A stretch of DNA of 64,000 bases from the human T2T-CHM13v2.0 reference genome, Homo sapiens, in NCBI RefSeq assembly GCF_009914755.1, contig NC_060947.1, one strand, 5' to 3'. The notes below the pieces were generated by a model. That model saw only the letters and a program-made list of their open reading frames with translations, ran no database searches and was not told the origin of the DNA. This document shows positions 53,982 to 64,000 of the stretch, in pieces; positions within the stretch are counted from its first letter, which is position 1, and every line of letters begins with the position of its first letter. Position numbers and translations under genes: made by a program.

Positions 53982-55214
53982 TAGGGTAAGGCAAGTCAGG
54001 AGATATGATTCTGGCAGACTTCCCTTAAAGCAAAATAATTATGTCTCTAAATTGGATAATTTTTAGCTACTTTATTTTTTATTGTTTTTTTCTGTTAATG
54101 ATTCTGATTAAGATTCGACATATATTTTTATTTCTTTTTAAAATGAGTGAATTATATTAAACCAGCCCAACATCAGTTTTTTTAAGTAAACATTAACTGA
54201 CTTCACTTTAATGTATGTCATTAAATTCAAAGTCATTTTGAAGTAATACTTTACTTTAACTTACAATTCTCACGTCTTTTAAATTTTTATTGTCTCAGAT
54301 GATAATTTATCAATAACACTCATATCTTCTTTAATTTTATATATTGTCCAAGTATTCAAGTGCATTTTACTCCTAGAAACTTCATTATTTCACATTTAGA
54401 TTTCTCCAATTGTTTCACATGATGCTGTTATCCATTATAAGAGTTTGATCAGGCAGTTTAGGTGGGGCTTAGATGTTTCGGGTAGGTGGTGTGGGAGTTT
54501 TCGGATGATTTCAATTGAAGACAAATTGTACAAAAGAACCTCTTGTGTCATTCCAACACCATCTAGTGGTTAAAATATTTGCAGAAATTTTTGTTTTGTT
54601 TAAGACTGAAGACACACTGGCAAAAGGGTAAAATGTTGTATTCTATTTATTGGAGATTGATTATCATGATGTGCTTCAGGCGGATGAGTGCCTGGCCCAG
54701 CATCAGTAGAACATGTCTTTCAAATTGTGTGTGTGTGTGTGATTCTGAAACTTAATCTTCTGAATTATTTTCTGTGATATAGCAAAGATCACTTTGTAAT
54801 AATTTAGCCATTCCTGGTTCCCTCAGTTCTTCCTAAGGAAGAAAGAGGACTGGAGTTGAAATCAGAAGACCTGGATTTTAATCACAACTTTATTCCTAAC
54901 TATCTTTCTAACCTACATATGTCAACAATTATTCAGGGTCCTTATTTGTAGAAAAAGCATACAGACCTGTATTTCAGAGTTGTTTTGTTATAAAGATTAA
55001 ACAATAATATAAATTTTAAAGCACTTTATATCTGTATGGTGTTATTGTTACTGTTATTGTGAGTGAGTGCACTCAAGGAATTTATCTTCACGTTATCTTG
55101 ACTTCTTTTCTACTTAACTACAGTCTAAATTCTGCCCTCACTGTTCCACCAAAACTATCCTTTGCTGAAGTATCTACTGTCTTTCATATTGACAAATTAG
55201 GACACTTTCTTTTG

Positions 55215-55435
55215 GGGTCTTTTGGAGTTCCACAGGAATTTTAAGATTGATTTTTTTTGTATTTCTGTAAAAAATACCATATGTATTTTGATAGGTTTTG
55301 CATTCAACCATAGATTGCTTTGAGGTAGTATGGACGTTATAACATTTTTAATACTTCAAATCTATGAACACAGAAAATTTTTTTCACTGATTTATGTATT
55401 CTTTTATTTCTTTAATCAATGTTATGTAGTTTTAA
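55215..55435 (-). mobile_element. L1M ORF2 fragment
   Basis: gttccacaggaattttaagattg..ttttgataggttttgcattcaa..tagattgctttgaggtagtatggac. Confidence 0.65.
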
Positions 55436-55745
55436 GTCTCAGATAATATATAACCTCTTCAGAGAAGCTTTCCCAGACCATTATATGTAAGTAAATTTCC
55501 ACCTGCTTGTTTTTCCGTATCACTCTACCCTAGGTTGTTTATTTCCTTCATAGCATGTATCACTCCATCTCTCTCCTTCTCTCTCAATTATTCTTTACCT
55601 ATTTTCTTCTCCACTTCTGTGATGTCTGTCTCTTGAATATAGGCCGTATACATGGCTTATTCACCACTATATACTCAGTGTCTAATACAGTGTCTAGGTT
55701 CTATAAAATGTGTAATAAACGTCTGTGAAATAAGCAAATAAATAA
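55436..55745 (+). mobile_element. L2a 3' end
   Basis: acctcttcagagaagctttcccagacca..ttcttcatagca-like..ttattcaccactatatactcagtgtctaatacagtgtct..aataaacgtctgtgaa. Confidence 0.65.
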
Positions 55746-55840
55746 TTATTTAATATGATTAATATGCAATAAGGATATAAATTATGGACATACATAATAG
55801 TAGAGCCACAAAATACATATATATGTGTGTATATATCATA

Positions 55841-55966
55841 CATATTATACATAACTTGTTATGTATAATATTATAATATTGTAATACAATATTATACATA
55901 ACAAGTTATGTATAATATTATAATATTGTAATACAATATTATACATAACATGTTATATATAATATG
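55841..55966. repeat. Palindromic AT-rich tandem repeat (47-bp unit, ~2.7 copies)
   Basis: ATATTATACATAAC recurs at 55842, 55889 and 55936; each unit consists of two short palindromes. Confidence 0.9.
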
Positions 55967-58234
55967 TAGATATACATTAAACTGTGGCTTTAATGTATAC
56001 TTCATTTAACTAGATATGCTAGTTACCACATAGATTTGTTCATATGGAATAAAATTTTGTGTCTTGACGCCATTTTACATCATTAAATGGGCAGTGTATA
56101 ATAGTACCAAAGGCATAAAGGGAATTGTATGAGATGTCACTGAGTCTTGTTGATTTGACATCTTTGTGTTTAGAAGCATTAATTTTGACCTATCGTTCGT
56201 AGACTGAGTGAAATGAATTAAGGGAAGTAAAGATGGAAAGTAAAGTGAATTGGTTTAAAAATGGAAATAAGGAGTCAGCCTTTTAAAAGACCAGGTCATT
56301 AGCAGACCTCCTTGCACTGGGAAGCTTTTTGCCCATGATAAGCATGGTTAAAAGGATGTGCTTCTATCACATGAAACAATTGTATGATAATTTTTCAAAT
56401 GTCAGAATGAATTTAGCAAAATTTCACAACTCAAATGTCACCTAAAAAGCAAGAATTATACAAAATTACTTCTGGAAACCAAGTGAATAGGATGATCCCC
56501 TGACTGGGCAATTCAAATGCATTTACAAAAAATTGCATAGTTCCAAATTGGAAAGAAAGCTCTTGGGGCAAGATGCTCTTTTGGTGCATTTAAGGAAAAA
56601 AAATGGAGTCACAGTAAAACATTTCTGTCATTTCAGAGAATTGAAGAGCTGATTAGGGGCTAGGGTGCCCTTAGTTTCTTTTTAAATTTCAAACTTAACA
56701 ATGAAAGTTATTAGCTGCTTCCTTCCACATTTCTGAAACAAACTGAAAATAGCAGCTTTATAAGGACATATTTTCTAAATGCTTTGAAAGCAGTTGGTTT
56801 TGTTGTCTATTTGCAGATATTTTTTTTTCATATAACACCTCAGGTTTTTTACCTAGACTGATAGATTTCCTCCTTAAAGCCCTTGTTCCCACATGTACAG
56901 TCTAGGACAAATTTCAACTCCTTCAATTAATTTTAATTCAATCATACTTTGATTTAGAAACCCAAAACAAAACAATATTTTGGACAATTTATAATTTTCC
57001 ATTTTCTCTCTCCCTTCCTTTTCTCTCTTAAGCCCTTTCTTACTTTCTCTTCTCTGTGTCTACAGAAGATGAAGCGGCAAACATCACTCACCACTCATCC
57101 TTGCTGATAGTTTATTTAATGGTATTGTTAAATATGCATTTAAAGTCTGCACAACTTGCATTCCACTTACTATATAGCTATCTGAGTACACTCATGTATC
57201 CTTAAAATTAGGAATTAAATGAATTCAGACTATGTAGTCTGTTAATCTCTTTAATTAAGGATTTAAGAATAAATATAAATTACGTTGGTACTCTCAAAAT
57301 GACATACAATGGTAGTCAAATTTCTTTAATAGTGAATTATGTTATATATAGAATGTATCACCCCTATCCTTCTCCTTGCTTTGAATTGAGAGCCTCTTCC
57401 CAAAGGAAAAGTCAGAGTCTGTGGATCAAGTCCGGTAGAAATAGCAGTTGTTTGGTAGACAGGAGCTGTTTGTTTGTACAACTTTTTCTCTCTCTCTTCT
57501 GATCTTATAAGGATAAGTGTAATTCAAATGAGCCTTTGAAACTGTGAACTAAGAGCCAGATTAGAAGATAAGTTTTACCTAGACTACGTAATTGCATGAC
57601 ACTGTGCTAAGATGCTTTCACATCTATTATTTTGCTTTATTATTATGTTACTTAACATTGATGTATTCTATAAATATTTATTGAGCAACAACTATTTTCT
57701 GAGTAGCATGCATAGTGCTTGAAATATAGAAGTAGACAGAATAAACACTGACTTTGGCTTCTATAAGCTTATGACCTAATCAGTATAATTATTATAAAAA
57801 TGTTAAATGTAAGACTTCTGATACTTTGAATTTATCTCCTATCATTATTAATAGCAGACTAGGCAATGCGCTCATTTTTGTAGATAATCGGGGAATTGGA
57901 TAATCACATTTAAAAATATAGTAAAGGTGCCTGTCGGCACAAAAATTTGAGAAGACAATTTAAAATGCTATCCTCTCCCATTCCCAGAGAACACTAAAAA
58001 TATAAAATATAGGATTTCTCCATATGTTAAGATGTTTTATTTTGACTTTGACTACTTTAGGAACATTTTTTGAATTTCACATATCATCTCATTTTTGAGT
58101 AGCTGTTATGATACAGTAGAAGAGCATGGATTTAGAATTAGGCAATCTGAACTTGAGTCATAATTCTGTAAAACTTACTTCATTGGCATTAGAAAATTTC
58201 TTGTTTTTGGTTTTCTGATCCTCAGAATGAGGGG

Positions 58235-58612
58235 TGTTTAACGTTGTTTTGTGTTAGCACTGAGACTAGGTAATTTATAGACAATAGAAGTTTTTATTCG
58301 GCTCATAATTCTGACAGCAGGGAAGTCCAATAGCATGGCACTGGCATCCAGTGAGGACCTTTAGGCTGCATAATCTCATGGCAGAAGGCAGAAAAGAAAG
58401 TAAGAGTGAGAGAGACAGAGAGGTTCAAACTCAATTTTACAAAACTTCACTCTTATGATAGCAAACCCACTCCCACAATAATGTCATTAGTCCATTCATA
58501 AGGGCAGAGCCCTCATGACCTAATCACCTCTAAATGGTTCTACCTCTTAATATCATCACAAGGGCAAATAAGTTTCAACATAACTTTTGGAGGAGACATT
58601 GAGACCATAGCA
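58235..58612 (-). mobile_element. MaLR LTR (MSTC/D-like)
   Basis: gagactaggtaatttata..ggctcataattctg..gggaagtccaatagcatggcactggcatc..agggcagagccctcatgacctaatcacctc..accatagca. Confidence 0.8.
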
Positions 58613-58745
58613 AGGGGCTTCTTAATGGGGTCAATATTGGCTTTCTGGGCAGGACAATTCTTTGTTGTTTAGCATTCCTGACCCCTGCCCACATTTAGTG
58701 GGCAGTAGTAGGCGCCATTGTGACAACACAAAAATGCCTCCCACC
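58613..58745 (-). mobile_element. MER20-like DNA transposon fragment
   Basis: ggacaattctttgttg..tagcattcctgaccc..ttgtgacaacacaaaaatgcctcc. Confidence 0.55.
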
Positions 58746-58749
58746 TAGT

Positions 58750-60155
58750 ATTGCTCTCAGCAGCATTTCACATGAATCAGCCTCCTACCTTCTAGAAATA
58801 TTATCTTTATTTGACAACCCACTTTCTTATTTTCCTCTTACCTCTCTGCTTCCTCTTTTGCTGTCTCTTTTGAAAGCTTATTCTCATTACTATATCACTA
58901 AATGTTGGAGTTCCTCAAGAATTAGCTCTAGATCCTTTCCTCTTTTCAATTTTTCCTCCCCCTGAAGACCTCACCCATATCCATACACAACTTTATTTAC
59001 TGACTGTACACATATGACTTACAAATATATATCTCCAGGCCAAATATCTCCTCTGAGTTCCAGCATATATCGATAACCATTTCTTTGACATACTCACTTG
59101 TATATACCATAGGCATCTTACAGTTTTTATTTCTGAAAATGAACTTTTGATTTTCTGTGCCAACTTGGTTCCTATCCTGAGTCTACCTCAGCTAGGTTAG
59201 TTTTACCACCTCCTACTCATTTGCTGAAATATGAAATCTTAGCATCATCTTTATACCTCTATCTCTGTCACACTGTCTTCCTCTATGTCAATTTGGTCAC
59301 TAAGTCAATTTCTTCTATATCTCCTCTGCCATTATTCAGGCCCAATGTGTCACCGTCTCTTACCTGGAATACTAAAATGGCTTCCTAAATATTTTTATCA
59401 TATTCATTATGGCTTATTTTCAACATATTTTAAAAACACTGCAGCTAGGGTGATCTTTTTGAAACAAATCTGATCAAGCCACTTCAGTTTTATTTTTTTG
59501 TATATTTCTGTTGGAGATAGTTGAATTTATTCATCCACATGTCATTAAAAAGACAACAACTAAAAACAAAGGCTAAAATACTTTATTTACTTTCTTTACT
59601 GTTTACTAAGCATTAGTCTTAGTAAAAAGTAAATAAAAAAATAACATGACCTGTTAAGCTTTGTGCAGTCTAACCAGCCTATCTCTTCAGTTCTGTTAAT
59701 AATATAATCCCCACGTACTCTACAACCTAGCCACAAAGGGATTTTAGTTGCTCTAATGTGTCATGTGTTCTCCTACCATAAAGCCTTACCAATCCTACTC
59801 CATCAGCCTAAAATGGTTTATTCCCCTTCATGTACTTAATGTCACTCATCCTTCAGATCTTAGCTCAAGTGTCACTTCCTTAGAGAAAACTTTACTTAAA
59901 CTTCAATTTAAAATATATTGCTTTCTCATAAAATTGCTTTATTTCCTTCAGAACACTTTTCTCAGTTTGTATTTATTTGCTCATTAACATAATTATTTCA
60001 CCAATAGCTACCTCCCCGAAACATTACACTACACTGTAAGACTTATAAGCCTATGGACCCATTCGACTTTAGTTCCCCATTGTAACCCCAGTGCGTAATA
60101 TAGAATCTGGCACATAATACATGTTCAATAAATCTTGTGCCAAAACTTAATGAAT
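58750..60155 (+). mobile_element. L2 (L2a-like) degraded 3' portion
   Basis: ctaaatgttggagttcctcaag..atatctccaggc..ctctgagttccag..cactgcagctagggtgatcttttt..tctggcacataatacatgttcaataaat. Confidence 0.75.
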
Positions 60156-60515
60156 GGCTATTAATATTGAATGTTTGCTTCTTTTGTCATCCTCCTTAAG
60201 ACAAATTTAAAGTAATATACCAATAGGAGTGTAATCCCATTTTGATATATAATGAATAATAAGGACAAAATGATGTGCTTGAGGAAATTGGAAGACATTA
60301 AAATGAAAATCCGTTACAGCACTTTGGCTCTGTGATTTAATTACTTCTGTTTTGAAACATAGTGGTAGACTTTTATTACCGATTTTATGTGACCTGGTGT
60401 TTTCATTTTATATATATGTTTTTTTTCCCACTGATCTGTGTGAGAAAAAAAAAATCACAGCACTTTCCCTTGGCATTAGTTTATGCTGAACAATCCCTTT
60501 GAATTTTAAGATAAT

Positions 60516-60952
60516 TCTCATGGGTAGCGACTATCTGAGACGGGTGATGTGGGTGGTAAAGGAATTTACCCATACAGTTGTAGGTAAAGAAAGGGAGATT
60601 TATTAGAGAAAGTAGGAAAATATGTTGCAAGAAAGCAATGGGAAGACCATAAAGAAAGGAGCTGACTGCAAAGAGACAAAAGCTTGCTGGAGATTTTATA
60701 GAATGGTACTTGTGCCAGAGAGGGCTACATGCAGTAATGATAACGCCAAGGTGACAGTGAGCTAACTTGCATTTTTCTATCAGCCAAGGTGTCTGGTGAT
60801 AGCTGGGTGCAGACAAATTGTGAATTATTTGTTCAGGAGGGCTGTGTGTCCTGGACCACGAAGAAAACCAGACTTACAGCTGATCTACTTTCTCTTTTTT
60901 CTGTCCTCTGCTCCCACCAGCCTGACTCCTTTTCCCTTATTAGGACTTCACA
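60516..60952 (-). mobile_element. Solo LTR (LTR47-like)
   Basis: Minus strand starts TGTGAAGTCCTAATAAGGGAAAAGGAGTCAGGCTGG; 5-bp TSD ATAAT at 60511-60515 and 60953-60957. Confidence 0.8.
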
Positions 60953-60999
60953 ATAATGCTCTAAGTTCCATTCTGATCATTTCCAGATTAAAACACACA

Positions 61000-61001
<2 letters not shown>

Positions 61002-61035
<34 letters not shown>
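61002..61035. repeat. (AC)17 microsatellite
   Basis: Read directly. Confidence 0.95.
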
Positions 61036-61037
<2 letters not shown>

Positions 61038-61384
61038 CCCCCACACCAGGGACATATTTAAGTACTAATTTAGTATGAAAGAGATGTGGTTTTTTGCTTT
61101 GTCATTTTGTATGGAATGACCGCCCATCCTCTCGTTCACTTACTAGATGTGAGAAGAAGAAGAGAGACCTCTCCAGCTGTTAGTGAACACATTCTCATTA
61201 GGGTAAGCTGTCTGTATATTATGTAGGCGATCTCATTGACTAGAACTAATCCTTACCTGTTTGGTCATACTATACTTGGGTTTTTCTCCTAATAAAAGGA
61301 GGCATAACTATGCAACTTCCAATAGGTATTTGTTATTTTGCATCCATCTGCAATTTGAAAAATTGAGAAACAAGTTTAGATCAT

Positions 61385-61560
61385 GAGGGAGTAAGAACAC
61401 CAAGAACCCGTATTCTAGCCTTTGCTCTATTACTACACAGCTTCCCATATTATCTTGGGGAAAACTTTTAACTTTTTTGTGGCTTTGATTTCCTAATCAG
61501 TAAATTAAAATGGTTGTTTACATGATCTCCAAGGGCCTATCTAGGTTGAACAGTCATGAA
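61385..61560 (+). mobile_element. MIR3-like SINE
   Basis: attctagcctttgctcta..tttcctaatcagtaaattaaaatggttg..atgatctccaaggg. Confidence 0.55.
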
Positions 61561-62545
61561 TTATGAATGTTTTCACTTCAAATTTTTATTACAAGTACTT
61601 TTGGTTTCTTTACTAATTCATAATTCTAGGTTACATTATTTCAGTAACTAAGTTTATTTTCCATTTGCTATTATAAAGCAATTGCTTATAAACTGACCTA
61701 CGTGGCCAATATGTAATTGGAAATTTTTCTTGGGATATTTTAGTTCTTGGTGGAGCTTTTAATACCGTCTCAATCACTGAGGATTTATAAAGATTTCAAC
61801 AGTTAAATTACAAAATACGCTCTTTGAAATAGGGTTTCAGAAGTACCCAGAATTGAAAGGAAAATGCCTTCTTTCTACATTAGAAACAAGGAGGAGCCAT
61901 AGAAATTTGAATGTAAAATTTATATCAGTTATTTTATCTTTTTATATAAATAGAATTTAAAATGTTGATTATAATATGTGGACTATTATTGAATATAACA
62001 ACAAAATGTTAAACATAAACTATTAAGAGTGATTTTGACTCACTGATACTGAAAAAAAGTTGGGTATTTTAATCAAAGAATAGATGAGCACTCAAAGACT
62101 ATTCTGCTTCTAACATCATTTTGGCACAGTCCATAATTTTCTGGGACACATTTTCAGTGCATATACTGGCTTTCTATTTGTAAAACATGTAAGTTTTAGT
62201 AATAATAATTTGTCTAAGACTGTGTACATATAAGCATGGCTAATGCAACTCTTTATATCCTTTTCCTCAAATATTAATATTTGATTGCTCAAGTTGTAAA
62301 AAGAAATCTGTTTTTTTATTATAATTGAATGACATCTTTAGGTTAATTAGAGGGAAATTCAGTTTTACTGTCCTATTGCTGCCATATGAAAACTGACTTC
62401 AATGATTGCATAATATATATAATATAATGCGTATATATAAATTATAGGAAATAATTTATTGAACAAATTTTTAGAACCAAATCAAACTTTATTTTTTCCA
62501 ACATATTATTTTTTAAAATATCAAGCCTATAGAATTTCAAAAACA

Positions 62546-62837
<292 letters not shown>

Positions 62838-62844
62838 TTATTGT

Positions 62845-63260
62845 CATTTGCTGAATTATTTGAGACTGAATTGCAGATATCCTGACTATTCACCCCTTAA
62901 TATTTCTTAATCCATTAATATTTTCTTAAAAAAAAAGGCCATTCTAGTACATAATCACAATCTATCAAATGCACAAAGTTTAAATTGATAAAATGGTGTT
63001 AGCTAACATATTTTCATATTTTAAATTTTGCCAAATGTCCCCCAATTTTTAATAGTATTTTTCTCCTGATCCATGATCATGCAGTACATCCAGTTGTCAT
63101 ATTTTTAAATTACCTTTAATATAAAACTATTTTTCAGTTTTCATTGCCTTTTATGACACTGGCATTTTTGAAGAGTACATGCAAGTTGTTTTGGAGAAAA
63201 TAACTCAAGTTGGATTTATTGATTGTTTCTTCATGAGTAGGTAAGTTATGCATCTTTTGT
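62845..63260 (-). mobile_element. Old L1MC/ME 3' fragment
   Basis: ttgcagatatcctgactattcacccctta..cattctagtacataatcacaat..gacactggcatttttgaagagtaca. Confidence 0.6.
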
Positions 63261-63739
63261 GATGTTATAACACATTAAAGTTTTAATGTTAATATTTGAA
63301 GCCCTTTGTCAATTTTTCCCTTTTCCCCACCCTTGGCCCGTATCTATCCAACCTTCTTTTGCATAAATCTCTTATAAATTCCTTATTTTCTACCATACAT
63401 TTTACTCATGCTCTTCATATTACACAAAATGACTTATTTTTACCATACATAACCCCATTTCATCAGGGCCTGCCTCACAGTGCACATTTTAATATTAGCC
63501 TTCTCTTACTCTACCTTTTCCTGCTTCTTTGCTAAATTTGCCTTTTCTTGTTGCACTTGTACATATACACGTGCCAAGTTTGAACTTGGTCTGTATCTAC
63601 TTTTTGTCTTGCCTCTCCAGTTTGGTTCAAAGACAGAGAGCATGCCGTTTAATTGTTTTGTTTCTTCCATGGTACCAAGCCCAGATCTTCAGTAGATGAA
63701 TAAATCCATCACATGATTCTGATTAGTATGTACATTTGT

Positions 63740-64000
63740 AATTTTATATTTATTTATTTACTTTTAAGACAGGGTCTGTTGCCCAGGCTGGAGTGCAGTG
63801 GTGCTATCACTACTCACTGCAGCCTCAAACTCCTGGGCTCATGCAATCCTCCCACCTCAGATTCCCCTATAGCTGAGACTACAGGCATGCACCACCATTC
63901 TCAGCTAATTTTGTGAAAAATTTTTGTAGACACGGGGTCTCATCATGTTGCCCAGGCTGGTCTCGAACTCCTGGGTTCAAGCCATCCTCCTGTCTCAGCC
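63740..64000 (-). mobile_element. AluJ (runs off the window end)
   Basis: agacagggtct..cactgcagcctcaaactcctgggctca..tttttgtagacacggggtctc..gttgcccaggctggtctcgaactcctggg. Confidence 0.9.

Overview
AT-rich, repeat-dense primate (Alu-containing, probably human or other catarrhine) genomic DNA with no intact protein-coding gene I can support. The main signal is at 3000-3925 (+): a disabled, highly diverged paralog of TASL/CXorf21, the SLC15A4-binding, pLxIS-type IRF5 adaptor of TLR7/8/9 signalling. It keeps the N-terminal MLxExxL motif, the CxSICxNYxDLQIxG block, GPLL, the PxSNxxLNxYxExKV block and a C-terminal STPDLQIS motif, but carries two frameshifts and two nonsense codons. Splice sites upstream suggest a non-processed gene copy. 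The rest is mostly L1, Alu, MIR, L2, CR1, MaLR/ERVL/ERV1 LTRs and DNA transposons, with a marked minus-strand bias, plus several perfect inverted repeats and weak exon-like segments. All family assignments come from recalled consensus or protein sequences, not database searches, and repeat boundaries without a target-site duplication (TSD) are approximate.
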